A DNA stretch of 63,857 bases, counting the filler, from Trichomonas gallinae (taxonomy: Eukaryota), in NCBI GenBank assembly GCA_008369845.1. It is 7 parts of 7 records of this genome, joined end to end, with 100 filler letters (N's around TTAATTAATTAA, not from the genome) between each part and the next. Parts side by side here need not be neighbours in the genome. Positions count along the whole stretch, not along the records: positions 50,228 to 55,728 come from MRSU01001621.1; positions 55,829 to 57,574 come from MRSU01001627.1; positions 57,675 to 61,025 come from MRSU01001631.1; positions 61,126 to 63,857 come from MRSU01001638.1; 3 more parts are not named here. The stretch is one strand, 5' to 3'. Below, one piece after another: positions 50,128-61,555 of the stretch. The translations under genes were made by a program, and so were the position numbers. Position 1 is the first letter of the stretch, and each line of letters opens with the position of its first letter. Below the pieces are notes generated by a model. The model saw only the letters and a list, made by a program, of their open reading frames with translations. It was not told the DNA's origin and did not search any database.

Positions 50128-50227
50128 NNNNNNNNNNNNNNNNNNNNNNNNNNNNNNNNNNNNNNNNNNNNTTAATTAATTAANNNNNNNNNNNNNNNNN
50201 NNNNNNNNNNNNNNNNNNNNNNNNNNN
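50128..50227. other. artificial contig spacer
   Basis: N44-TTAATTAATTAA-N44. Confidence 0.97.
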
Positions 50228-51399
50228 AAAAGAAGCGCATGTATTACGTCGAGACCAAATTTTTGGGTCCTAAAATAACGTATTTTCAGTTGAAGTACAT
50301 TTGATTTAAATCATAGGACATTTGTTTTTTGGGTAAGATAAAGAGAAATCATTAATTTCATAAAGAAAATTTGAAATCAAACATTAATGATTTTGCATTT
50401 AGAAGAATTTTTCATTAGCATATATTAAATGATAACACATGTAACAAAAATTAGTGATTTATAAAAACATTATATAATGTTTCAACGGCATTTTAATGAA
50501 ATTTATTAGGATATCAATTTTTATTAATATTTACGTGCTTAGATCTTATGTATATAATTTTTAACATACTATTGATAATAAATCTACCTTCTGAAAACAT
50601 AGAACCGTTCAATATTTTGCATTGACTCTTATAAGATCCGTGAAATATGGATATTATAACTGTACTACATATTATTATGTTGTTACTATGTGTAAATAGC
50701 ATTATACATTATATATCAGATGTTTTGACTCTAAATTAGGTATTTTTATATTTCCTCTTTTGATAAAATTAGTGGAATCCAGGTATGTTCAATTATATGT
50801 TTATGCATGACTGACTGTTGTGTTTTTGGCCGCATTTATCCATGGATTAATCGAACTTTGGAAAGTTTTGATATGATAAATAAAATTGATGATAGTTTTT
50901 ATATCATATTCGGACTGATAAAGCAATGCTAATTAAATTTTATAGAATTAAAACAACCTAAAAACGAATCAAAGCAATAAAATTACCGTCAAAAGTTGTT
51001 AATTTGTATTTATACTAAATAAAATTCCCTTTATTTCTATGAGAACAACAACATTGACATCATGTATTATCATATTGCAAATTAAGGCTTATCTGCTGAT
51101 AAACATTTTGGAATTTATTGCGCAATTAATAAAAACTCGTATCAATATATTAATAGGATGGCATACAATTGATGTTCTCATCAAACTCAAAGTGACCGCC
51201 GTTGCCCCAAACAAAATTTCAAAATTTTTTAATGAGAAAAACCGTTTTTCGTTATTTGGATCTAGAAAGTGGAATTAAGGCAATGACCAAAATTTTCGCC
51301 CACTTTTTGAGAGCAAATTGAGAGACTTTCGTTGGGGCTCACAAACTATCACCGTAGAAAAAAAAATTTTTTTTAGCAGATTGAACTTTCTAAAAAATT

Positions 51400-52185
51400 A
51401 TGGAGCTTCACGTTCGGGTTGTAGAGGCACAAGACATCCCGAAAATGGACTTTTTTGGTAAAGCAGACCCTTACTGTATATTGCAAATGTCATCCTCGTC
51501 CGATTCAAGGAAAACTAAAGTATGCTCGAATACATATACACCGGTCTGGAATGAAGAATTTCATTTTCCAGTCGCAAATCAGTCAAGAGATGCCCTGCAT
51601 ATACTAATAAAGGACAGAGATCGCGGCATGGCTGATGATCCTATCTCTAAAATTGAAATTCCGATTTCGTCTTTACAAGTAGGCAATGTTATGGACAGAT
51701 GGTATAATATGAACCCGATAAAGGGTGTCAAAAAAGGAGGTAGACTAAGGCTAGTTCTACATTTAGCTCAAAAAGGTTTACCTGCATTTCAACTTTCGCA
51801 TAATACTATGATGGGAAACCCCATGATGCCACCGCCACAAATGGGTTCTCCTATGATGCCGCCCCCAATGCAAAACGGGTACATGCCATACAATCAATAT
51901 CAACAAAATTGGGGACCTCCGCCCCCAATGAATCAGCAATATCAACCGCCGATGAATCAACAATACCAACCACCGCCGATGTCGCAGCAATATCAACAAT
52001 ACCCACCACCTCCGATGATGGGGCAACCATACTCGCAATATTCTCAACCACCACCGATGTCGCAGCAGTATCAACAATACCCGCAGCCACCGATGATGGG
52101 ACAACAATACCAACAATATCCCCCACCTCCAATGATGGGACAGCAATATCAGCAATATCCCCCACAGTATCAATACCCTCGCTGA
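51400..52185 (+). CDS. C2-domain protein with P/Q/Y/M-rich (XYPPX-type) repeat tail
   Basis: LHVRVVEAQDIPKMDFFGKADPYC, TPVWNEEF and KDRDRGMADD (Ca-binding Asp residues), then QQYQQYPPPPMM repeats at about 51810-52180. Confidence 0.94.
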   Translation: MELHVRVVEAQDIPKMDFFGKADPYCILQMSSSSDSRKTKVCSNTYTPVWNEEFHFPVANQSRDALHILIKDRDRGMADDPISKIEIPISSLQVGNVMDRWYNMNPIKGVKKGGRLRLVLHLAQKGLPAFQLSHNTMMGNPMMPPPQMGSPMMPPPMQNGYMPYNQYQQNWGPPPPMNQQYQPPMNQQYQPPPMSQQYQQYPPPPMMGQPYSQYSQPPPMSQQYQQYPQPPMMGQQYQQYPPPPMMGQQYQQYPPQYQYPR

Positions 52186-53270
52186 TGCGGTAATTTTACA
52201 TGTAATGTTTTTTTATTATGTACTAAATCTTGTTATTTATATTTTCGATAACTGGCGCTGATATTTCGTAATCAACAAATACTTACATACACAAGCTATT
52301 CTATAATATTATAATAACAAAAAGTCTATTTGTTGTTAATCAAATGTAAGATATGAATCTCGTAAGCTTTAAACCCGAATGTTTTGCATATATACATGAC
52401 ATTGATACCATGTAAATAACCAATACAAACTCAGCTTGTTCGTATTTATTCAATTCCAAAATAATGGGTGGAAAAAATGCACAGGTGGGACCGATTTTTT
52501 GTTGTCTAATTTAAAACCATAACACTAATTTGATTTATATATCGCTTGTAAGAAATAAAAATGAACGTTGCGAGAAATTTTTCCAACAAGTAAACATTGG
52601 ATAAAAATCGCTATAGCTTTAGTATATTAATATATTACATGAATGGACTGTTTAGTCAATGTCTGTTGATCTATTTACAGGAATTTTGACTGAAATTTTA
52701 AATATTTTATTGTCCAGATGAACATTATAATAAAATTATATATAATATTTGCATATTTATATCAAGAACAATGCAATTCATTTATTTATCCATTCTAAAT
52801 TATAGAATATTTCAATCAGAATAATATCAATACCAAACTCAATTTCAAAGACATAAACCTCTGGAAAATGGTTATAAAAGAAATAATTGTGTTATCATTC
52901 TTTAACAGATATATTATTCATTAATCATCATATTGATTTAATATATAATACGAATTATATACATCATGATGACACAACTGAAATGTATACCAATGAACTC
53001 TAATTTATAAGTTATTGAAACAATGTATAGCTCAATTAATATCTCAATGAATTAATTAACACGAACGAAATATAGTTTATATGGTAAAAAGTGAAATTAC
53101 ATTAGTATACATTCTGAATCTACTAATAATAAATATCATGAAAAATGATATGAATAGGGCTCGAAAAAAAAAAATCTCTGACAGTATGTCAAATCCGACA
53201 CTTTACATATCAGATTTTAAAATATCGTCACTTTTTGAGGTATTGTCACTTTTCTAAATTTTAAACGTGC

Positions 53271-55508
53271 ATGATGAAAAACGAAGCTTTAGCAGCAAGA
53301 TCTTCGAAAGAACAGCTTGAATATATCGAAGAAATAGAGAACCAACTCATAGATGATGAAGATGAAGCAACAAATAATGAATTTTTCGATTACTGCTTCA
53401 AATTATTGCCAAATTATTTACAGAACGAAGATAAAGCAGTTAGACAGAGGAGCCTCAAAATTCTAGAGTTCATTGGTGACAAAGAAATCAAAATAAAGCC
53501 GCAAAATTCCCTTTCAGACGCAATATTTTTGTGTTTAGCCGATCAAAGACAAAATATTCGGATTCAAGCAATAAAAACACTATATTCGCTTACAGCAAGT
53601 ATCCCTACTGGCTTTTTTGTTCAGCAATTCGATAAATTCAACGCAAATCTTTCATCTGAAGTTAGAAATGATTTAATTGCTTTCATTAAAGATAAAATCG
53701 ATGCACTTTCTGTTGACGATTGGAAGAAATGCATTGTTTTAATTGCTACAGCTTTAGACGAAAAAGTTGAAAATTGCAAATTTATTTCTCAAGTCTTTTC
53801 TAAAAATGCAGACTTTGTAAATGCACTTCAGCAGACATATTCATCGCTTCCACAAGCTCAGCAGAAATTATTAATCCAATATTTAGATGCAAATACTACA
53901 ATGGACGATGAGATTCGTCAGTCTCAAATCTCTGAAATAGTCGATGAAGCTGAGTCAACTATCAACATAAACTCATCTGCCTTCTCAAGAAAGAGCAGAA
54001 ACGGACAAATGACTGAAGAAGACGGCTTAGTGCTTATTCACAGTGCTGCTGCCTTTTCTCAGTTCATTGCAAAGCTTTCTAATGATATAAGAGATGTTTT
54101 TGATGATGATTTATCAAAATTGTTATTATCAAATTCATATGTTGACCGATTAAGTGCATTAGAAACATTATCAAAGGCCTTGAAGCCAGCGAAGAAATTC
54201 CAATATACAGTTGATATCCTCCTCAAATGGTGTGGAGCCCAATTTTTAATGAGACAAGTAAATTGCGCGCAAGCAGCCTTAGTTTTGTTATTGGATAACC
54301 TTGTTGAAGGCATCAAAGTCTCGAAAATCGAACTCACTTTCATTGTTCCCATTGTACTTTGGTGCATTGCAACAAAAAGTGATGCATACTCTGATTTATT
54401 GGATGCATTGAAGTTCTGCAGCAAGCCAGCAGATTATGGATATGCATTAATTAAGTCAATATCACTTGAACACTCAGCAATTATCACAATTATCTTTGAA
54501 GAACTTGGAAAATTCGACGATTTAAGTCCAATTGAGATCCAACTCAAAGAACTCTCACACAACCGCTTAAAGATTATCTCAGAACCAGCCAAATCCCTTC
54601 TTTTGTCGATAACACCAAAAGGAATCTCGCAAGATGGAACAATCGACACAACAGACCCAATTGCATCACTTAAGGCACAGATAGAGAGGATAAGAACAGT
54701 CCCAGAGTTCATTAGAAACCAGAAAGAAATTTTCTCGTTTTTATTCAATCTGTTCGAGAGTCAGCCAGAAGAGGAGCGCCTAGTTAGATATCTTCTCTAC
54801 TGCACATACGCTTTCCTTTCAGAGCCAGTCTTGATCGGGTCCATAGAGAATCAAAATTTAGTTGCTTTCTTTAACTCTCTGCTCAATTTTTCGATGGAAA
54901 TTGACCCACAATTCAACGAGCCAATGAACGCTATTGGTTTTATCCTTGTCACTGTCGTCCCTGTCTTTTCTTTGTACCAGGCTTTGATCACTTTCATTGA
55001 CCTTCAGCCACTGAAAATCACTCGTCAAAGCTTCGCGTACCAAGTCTTCATGACCGCGAACTCACTTTTCTGCCTTGATAGAGTCGGATCTGACCAAAGC
55101 ATGCTTAGAGATTACGTAAAGGAGGCAATAGCACGCTGCGGTGATGCTCCTAAAGAAGATTTGAGATTGACACTTTATAGGAGCCTTCTCAGAGAAACCG
55201 TTAATCTCGAACAGCAGAGAAGAATGACTTCTGAGTTCTTCAAGCAAAACCAGAGCGTTGAGATGAAGATTGTCGGCAACATAGCAGCGGAAGAAGTCCC
55301 AGAAGAGCCTCCTGAGCTCACAGTAAACGAGAAGCTCATATTCGTCAAGATCGTCGATAAGATAGGAACACTTGCAACGAAACAAGAAGGAATTCAGGAG
55401 CTGATAGAGTTCGATAACGAAAACAAGTGCAACCATGGAGCAATCAATGCTGTCTGCAAGCTCGCTCCAATGCTTAGAACAGAACTCTCTCAATACTTAA
55501 CCAAGTGA
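53271..55508 (+). CDS. HEAT/TOG protein resembling the C-terminal half of XMAP215/ch-TOG
   Basis: VDILLKWCGAQF...IELTFIVPIV resembles TOG5 (DLILKW...EASSFIPYL). KIVDKIGTLATKQEGIQELIEF resembles the ch-TOG C-terminal [21 protein letters not shown]. Confidence 0.7.
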   Translation: MMKNEALAARSSKEQLEYIEEIENQLIDDEDEATNNEFFDYCFKLLPNYLQNEDKAVRQRSLKILEFIGDKEIKIKPQNSLSDAIFLCLADQRQNIRIQAIKTLYSLTASIPTGFFVQQFDKFNANLSSEVRNDLIAFIKDKIDALSVDDWKKCIVLIATALDEKVENCKFISQVFSKNADFVNALQQTYSSLPQAQQKLLIQYLDANTTMDDEIRQSQISEIVDEAESTININSSAFSRKSRNGQMTEEDGLVLIHSAAAFSQFIAKLSNDIRDVFDDDLSKLLLSNSYVDRLSALETLSKALKPAKKFQYTVDILLKWCGAQFLMRQVNCAQAALVLLLDNLVEGIKVSKIELTFIVPIVLWCIATKSDAYSDLLDALKFCSKPADYGYALIKSISLEHSAIITIIFEELGKFDDLSPIEIQLKELSHNRLKIISEPAKSLLLSITPKGISQDGTIDTTDPIASLKAQIERIRTVPEFIRNQKEIFSFLFNLFESQPEEERLVRYLLYCTYAFLSEPVLIGSIENQNLVAFFNSLLNFSMEIDPQFNEPMNAIGFILVTVVPVFSLYQALITFIDLQPLKITRQSFAYQVFMTANSLFCLDRVGSDQSMLRDYVKEAIARCGDAPKEDLRLTLYRSLLRETVNLEQQRRMTSEFFKQNQSVEMKIVGNIAAEEVPEEPPELTVNEKLIFVKIVDKIGTLATKQEGIQELIEFDNENKCNHGAINAVCKLAPMLRTELSQYLTK

Positions 55509-55728
55509 AGAAATTTAATTTAGTTTGTTAATATGTGTAATAAAAGACTTATTTGTATCAAAACAAAATCATCTCATGCAACTATTCTATCTTTAAAAAA
55601 TCTATTTTCAGTATGTTGTCAACTGCACCAGCTATAGCCTAGATATGAAAAAGTATACAAGTTGATTCCAAAGGTGAATTTGTGGTGATCTCTTGTTCTT
55701 TTTTTTTTTTTTTTTTTTTTTGTGTGTG

Positions 55729-55828
55729 NNNNNNNNNNNNNNNNNNNNNNNNNNNNNNNNNNNNNNNNNNNNTTAATTAATTAANNNNNNNNNNNNNNNN
55801 NNNNNNNNNNNNNNNNNNNNNNNNNNNN
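55729..55828. other. artificial contig spacer
   Basis: N44-TTAATTAATTAA-N44. Confidence 0.97.
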
Positions 55829-55830
55829 TT

Positions 55831-56511
55831 GGATATACTAATAGCACAGATGGCACTATTGAAGTGATCGAGCGTTTTTGCAAACAAAATCCAGGATTTA
55901 TTCCATTCAATTATCCACATGAAGTTTATCCTCAATGCGATAAGCATTATTATACGGGAAACTACCGTCCTGAAAATACACTCGAAGCTCTGTATAATGC
56001 TACATTCCAAAAAATTCCAATGGGAGATTGGCTGATAAAAATTGATGCCGACCAGATATATGACTCAGACAAGCTACAAATGATGAAATACCTTCCTAAA
56101 CACGACGATTGTCGCATAAGCATTGGCCGGATTAATCTTCATGTTGATAATGGAAAACTAATGATTGTTCAAAACGGTGTTGGTCCTTATAGCTTCGAGC
56201 ACAAAGATCAATGGCTGATTAAAAAGTCTCCAAAGATGCAATTTGGAATGGCGATTTCAGCGAATCAGTATGCATGGGAGACAATGACAATATTGGGTGC
56301 AGAAGAAATCATTACAAGCTGTGTTTCATGGCATCTTCCATATAATAAGAAATGGCGCAATTTAGATCATCTCGTAAAATACCCATTTGAAACAGATGGA
56401 AGACGCTTGCTCCAGCGGTATATAAATGAAAGGCTCATTACAGAAGATATGCTTGATGAAAACAAGATTAGCGAAATTTTATTCAAATATAGAGATCGAC
56501 ATGAGTTCTAA
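55831..56511 (+). CDS. CgtA-family beta-1,4-N-acetylgalactosaminyltransferase-like glycosyltransferase, 5'-truncated by gap
   Basis: GYTNSTDGTIEVIERFCKQNPGFIPFNYPHEV, IPMGDWLIKIDADQIYDSDKL and WHLPYNKKWR parallel Campylobacter CgtA ([59 protein letters not shown]), compared from memory. Confidence 0.85.
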   Translation, partial: GYTNSTDGTIEVIERFCKQNPGFIPFNYPHEVYPQCDKHYYTGNYRPENTLEALYNATFQKIPMGDWLIKIDADQIYDSDKLQMMKYLPKHDDCRISIGRINLHVDNGKLMIVQNGVGPYSFEHKDQWLIKKSPKMQFGMAISANQYAWETMTILGAEEIITSCVSWHLPYNKKWRNLDHLVKYPFETDGRRLLQRYINERLITEDMLDENKISEILFKYRDRHEF

Positions 56512-57320
56512 GAGACAATATCATGACATGCATCAACTACCTAAGCATTAATGCATATTGCCAGCTCATATTATTGTAGATATTTTTATTCAATTTATTT
56601 TTTGTTTGGTGTATATCTTAAACAGTCAAAATACAAGACTATTAACGCTATTGTGTTTCTTTGACAGAAAGGTCAGTGATAAATTCATGCTTTTTCACTA
56701 TTCAATAATTTTCCTTGAAATACGTTTAGATGTCTGTTAACGTTGTGGTTATTTTTTGTCTACTTGAGACAAATATATTTTGATAAGCAAATGATATGAT
56801 ATAGCAAAAACAAAAAAAAAAAAAATCTATGAATAATTTTATAGTTACGGGTTTGTGACCAAATGATATCATTAGTTAGGTCCATATAATACTTTAATCA
56901 CAAAAGTTTCCGAAAAACCCTATTTTTCAGAGAAATCAATAATAATTTCGTTAAGTGGATTTTAAACTTTTTAAACTATAAATACATACTGCAAACACAT
57001 TGATTTTTTCAATGCTAAGTTGGTAAACTGCAAATAGCTATATTTCATTAAAAATGCCGATACGATATTTCCAAAAATGCATCAAATCGCTGTTTTTTCA
57101 AGACAGGCACATTCTTTGGGGTACATTTGTATATAAGGCAAGACAGAAAAGTTCATTAAAGAAGAAAATAAGCAAGAAAATGAAGAATAAAAAATGGTCT
57201 CGAAAAAATTCAAAATTTCCACTTTTTAATAATTCTTATTCAAGATATATAGAGAAAGCGAATGTCGCAATAAAAAAAATTTTATTTAAAATAAAAATAA
57301 TCGTTCACTTCACTTTTTCA

Positions 57321-57574
57321 ATGCAGGTCTACATTGTCAGTGCAAAGCATAATGAGTTCGCCATCGGCTTAGATGACGGCGAAGCTACAGTTGGCAACAA
57401 GGCCGAACTCAAGCACATCGATCACGGCAAAGCAACACAGTTGTGGCTTATCTATGATCGTAAACTCCACACATTAGCAAACAAGCAATTAGCTCTCAAC
57501 CCACAGGAGGATGATGGCAAGATCAGACTTGTTCTCAAGGCATCCAAGGATATCGAAAACAGGTTCTACATCTT
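57321..57574 (+). CDS. ricin B-type (QxW) lectin-like protein, 3'-truncated by gap
   Basis: TCACTTCACTTTTT initiator followed by the ATG; VGNKAEL...HGKATQLW...NKQLAL pattern. Confidence 0.6.
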
Positions 57575-57674
57575 NNNNNNNNNNNNNNNNNNNNNNNNNN
57601 NNNNNNNNNNNNNNNNNNTTAATTAATTAANNNNNNNNNNNNNNNNNNNNNNNNNNNNNNNNNNNNNNNNNNNN
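57575..57674. other. artificial contig spacer
   Basis: N44-TTAATTAATTAA-N44. Confidence 0.97.
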
Positions 57675-57675
57675 T

Positions 57676-57960
57676 CAAAATTGTAAGCGCAAGTTCTAAA
57701 ATTTAAAGCAGGGGCATTCAAAAAGTGAGTATGTCGGTCGACCCTTAAATTATTGGAATGTTTTTGAATAAATACAAATAAAAGTCTACCAATGGCCATA
57801 TAAAAGGTCCTTTTTTCTCAATGAGAAGAACCAGACTCTTCGCAATATCAGTATTGATATCAAGTGTGCAGAAGTCGAAATAGCTTAATTGATACATCTC
57901 GCTATAAAACACCTTAAAGAGCTTTTGATAGGAAGAAGCCAATATTACATTTCTAGACAT
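57676..57960 (-). pseudogene. possible decayed gene or short ORF
   Basis: ATG 57960 opens 71 protein-like codons; the frame then continues to the gap with several stops. No family recognised. Confidence 0.25.
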
Positions 57961-58212
57961 GATAAAATATGATAAAATATGATGCAAAACGATTATTTCG
58001 GCCTCAAAATTATATATAACAAAAATTATTTACAAAAAATCGATAAACATAAATATTAAAACAATGCGATAAATTATAATTGTAAGTCAAAATACCAAAA
58101 TATTGTCTTCGCAAAAACGGTTATTTCTCTCAAAATTCCGCATATTCAAATATTTCGTGTAAACTTTACAAAAATGTAATTTGTAAACTATTCATTATTT
58201 GTTGATTTGGTT

Positions 58213-58782
58213 ATGGCCGAAATCCTGAGTCCAGGGAGGGGCGTCATATCATCGATGACTCATGCTTTCCTTGGTTCATTGAGTCCGCAACAAACTAAAT
58301 CGTTAATGCAACAGTATGAAATTCCACAAATCAAAATAGATTCAGCAAGAAGAAAAAGGAAAAGAATTCCAGCAGGGGAGCTAATCATACATTTCACAGA
58401 CAATCCTTCCTTCACAATAGAGTTTTTCGAAAAAGAGCCAATCAAAGAATTAAAGGAAAGAATAGAAGAAAAAACAAAACTATGCTTGGACAACTACACA
58501 ATATCATGCAAAAATGGCACACTTCAGTTAGATAAATATGTTACTGATTATCTTTTGCAGCATAATTCAAGATTAATCATTTTCGAGAAAGGAGCGGCAC
58601 GAGCACAGCAGAGGGTTACAAGAGATAGTTGGATAGAATCAAAACATTCAAGAAGAAGTACTGGTAGCGATATGAATTTCAGCTTTCTGAATCATTTAGG
58701 GCCATACAAGCCAATTAGGCTCCACATTGAAGAAAAACCTCGAGATATTTTCAAATACAAATGCGTTGGAACATTTTTGTAA
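58213..58782 (+). CDS. protein with central ubiquitin-like domain
   Basis: FTIEF...IKELKERIEEKT...LQLDKYVTDYLLQHNSRL is a ubiquitin-fold pattern; RRKRKR is a possible NLS. ATG at 58213. Confidence 0.75.
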   Translation: MAEILSPGRGVISSMTHAFLGSLSPQQTKSLMQQYEIPQIKIDSARRKRKRIPAGELIIHFTDNPSFTIEFFEKEPIKELKERIEEKTKLCLDNYTISCKNGTLQLDKYVTDYLLQHNSRLIIFEKGAARAQQRVTRDSWIESKHSRRSTGSDMNFSFLNHLGPYKPIRLHIEEKPRDIFKYKCVGTFL

Positions 58783-59245
58783 GTAATTTGTTGTAATTTT
58801 GTTAAACATATGCGGATATTATTGTTTTTTTGACTGTATTATCTATATATAGCACCAATGAATATAATGATATATAATTGTAACATCAGTGGGATTCTAA
58901 TGTTATATTTTACTTTCATTTATTTGATAAAATCGAGAAATAATGGATAACATGATTAATGATTGATATTAATCATATATAGAAGTTGATTATAGTCATT
59001 TGATAATATTGAAATGTTATAATATTGTTTTGTTGTCGATTTTGATCGAAATTTTAATTCAATAATGCGTTTTAATTGTAATTTCGATTGAAAAACGCAT
59101 GCAATTGAAGGAAATAATATGTATGTGAAGCAATTTCTGGATAATTTTGTAATAATTTTTTTAGGCATGATATAATTAAAAATCTGAGCGAAATGATTTC
59201 ATACAAAACAATGCCTGTATCTTTATAAATAAAAACAATAATATA

Positions 59246-60292
59246 TTAAGCCGCAAGAAGAAGAACATCAGAAATTCTATAATCAAAGACCTTAGAACTG
59301 AGGACTTCCTTGTGATTAGGCTCTTCAATGGCCCATTCTGGTAATATAATATTCATGTGCTTGCCGTAGATGAACGTAATGATCCTATAAGTACCGTCAG
59401 GATTTATTTTTAACACGGCAGCATCATTTCCTTCCATGCAATAGTCATGGCTGCTGAAAATGGTGAGGCACTTGTCCTTTTCCTCCCCTGAGTCTTGAAA
59501 AACCCAGTCGAAGCCCTTAGCACAAGATTCATGCGAGCGAACAACGAGATCGAAGCCGTTCGACTCGAGAAATTCATAGCACGCGTCAGGACCAAACAAA
59601 TAGCCTGAACCGCGATCGCTGTTCTCGTATGCGAGAACATTATTTCTTGGATCTGACCAAAGCAGATCAGCAATTGCACCATCTAGTGGCACTTCTGTAG
59701 GTTTCTGTAGATCATTGAGTAGATTTATATCGAGGAGGTCCTTAGAAATGCCTCCATGCACGCAGAAAATTTTGTGATTGATGATAGCAGCGATTGGCAG
59801 ATGTTTAAACACATCTGTGATGCTGAAGTATGACTTTTTATCGAGTTTCTTAAGAACTTCTTCCATGAAACCGTAAATTCGTGTCATTGCTAAAGATTCG
59901 TGATTTCCTCTAAGCAGGTAAACGCAATTCGGATTTCTGATCTTCAGACATAATAGCAACAGGAAAACCTCCACGGAACTCTCTCCGCGGTCGACGTAGT
60001 CACCGAGAAAAAGATATTTCGTTTTTGGCGGATATCCACATCTCGTGAATATTCTCAGTAACGCGTCGAGATTTCCGTGCAGGTCCCCAACAACGATGAT
60101 ATCGCTCGGTAAATGCAGTAAAATTGGTTCTTTCGACAAAATCTTCGATGCACTTTCCAATATCTTCTGGACGCGTTTTGGTTTGTATTCTAGGCTCGGT
60201 CTGTTCTTGTTCGCCTTCGCGCTCGCTCGGTGCCTTATAATACGAGCTGCAAACAGATCAAAATTCATTAATGAACTTTTAAGAGAAAACAT
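59246..60292 (-). CDS. PPP-family (PP1-like) Ser/Thr protein phosphatase
   Basis: GDLHG, GDYVDRG, LRGNHE, HGG, DLLWSDP and RSHE. First ATG at 60292 (alternative 60268). Confidence 0.96.
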   Translation of the reverse strand: MFSLKSSLMNFDLFAARIIRHRASAKANKNRPSLEYKPKRVQKILESASKILSKEPILLHLPSDIIVVGDLHGNLDALLRIFTRCGYPPKTKYLFLGDYVDRGESSVEVFLLLLCLKIRNPNCVYLLRGNHESLAMTRIYGFMEEVLKKLDKKSYFSITDVFKHLPIAAIINHKIFCVHGGISKDLLDINLLNDLQKPTEVPLDGAIADLLWSDPRNNVLAYENSDRGSGYLFGPDACYEFLESNGFDLVVRSHESCAKGFDWVFQDSGEEKDKCLTIFSSHDYCMEGNDAAVLKINPDGTYRIITFIYGKHMNIILPEWAIEEPNHKEVLSSKVFDYRISDVLLLAA

Positions 60293-61025
60293 AGAATAGT
60301 TTGTGATATAAATTTTTATGTAAAATTTCTTGACTATTTTTGAGAATGACCTTCTCAATTCGGTTATTATTGCATTTTTGCACTCTTTATCATACAATAA
60401 TCAAATTTTTCTGTTTATTATTTGAAATTTGAATTTTACCGTTTATTAAAACGTATTAAAATCAAAAATTTTGATCGACAATACTATACTATAGCCTAAC
60501 AAATCCATTTTTCAACTTTGTGTCCCGTTCGCCTGTGATTGAAAATTCTCGTAATAAATTTACTTTTTGTATATTATGATAGCGTTTTACCAAAATTTTT
60601 ATTTGAATGTCTTTTCAAAAAAAAATTTGAAAATGCCATTATACTTCGAGTAAAGAATACCATGTAAAATGTAGAATTTATTATTTTTTTAAGTCAGTCG
60701 CTAAGTGTTTTCAAATTTATTGGGTGGAAAATGGCATAAGGTTATATATTGCTTAACTGAATTTCAAAAGTCTGATCTGAAACGAATGGTCACACAAGTG
60801 TACCAAAAAATGGGCTACCAGTTAACACTTATCAGTTATTGGTACTATCCGAATGAAATCCATTCATAAAACTTAGTATTCATGCAACTAATAGTTGAAA
60901 TTAATAATTAATAATTAATAATTTATACAGATTTATTGCACAAGTTTACCAAATAATTCATCGAAATGACACAGAACAATGCAATAACAATACCATATAC
61001 AGTAGTTTTGAATATTTTCCGAAAA

Positions 61026-61125
61026 NNNNNNNNNNNNNNNNNNNNNNNNNNNNNNNNNNNNNNNNNNNNTTAATTAATTAANNNNNNNNNNNNNNNNNNN
61101 NNNNNNNNNNNNNNNNNNNNNNNNN
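61026..61125. other. artificial contig spacer
   Basis: N44-TTAATTAATTAA-N44. Confidence 0.97.
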
Positions 61126-61231
61126 CGAGAAAAACGCTGATTTCGATTAACCTTAAAAATGAAATTCTGAAGTTTACGAGTGGGCGTAACTGCACCCTTA
61201 ATTCTCTCAAAAATATCGGATATTAATTATA

Positions 61232-61410
61232 TTTGGCATGTAAAATGGTTTTACATTATTGTTTGACATGTAAAATTGTTTACATCGGCCTTTGACGTGT
61301 AAAATATAATTACATATTAGTTTGGCATGTAATGTCATTTTACATCGTCGTTTGACAAGTAAAATAGTTTTACATTATTCTTTTATATGTAAAATATTTT
61401 TGACATGTAA
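61232..61410. repeat. tandem array of ~30-bp palindromic units TTTGRCATGTAAAAT-nn-TTTTACAT-n5
   Basis: Unit starts at 61232, 61262, 61291, 61321, 61351, 61381 (partial) and 61399 (partial). Confidence 0.9.
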
Positions 61411-61555
61411 AGTACTGACTAACTATAACTAGGAATATGTAGGACTGCTGTTATTCGATTTGTGTGTTTTTGTGAATTATTCGATTCCGAATTTTAATGA
61501 GATTTCATTTAAAATTTTCCCAAAATCTTCTATCGTTCGATCACTTATCAAAAAG

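Noticed and set aside
57054..57320. Upstream extensions of ORFs in the track (also 5361-5402, 28802-28825, 46125-46184, 60293-60397, 61460-61555)
   Set aside because: AT-rich promoter sequence; initiator elements or family N-termini point to the downstream ATGs.
61232..61410. CRISPR array interpretation
   Set aside because: Units are adjacent with only ~5-nt variable linkers, there are no cas genes, and the context is eukaryotic.
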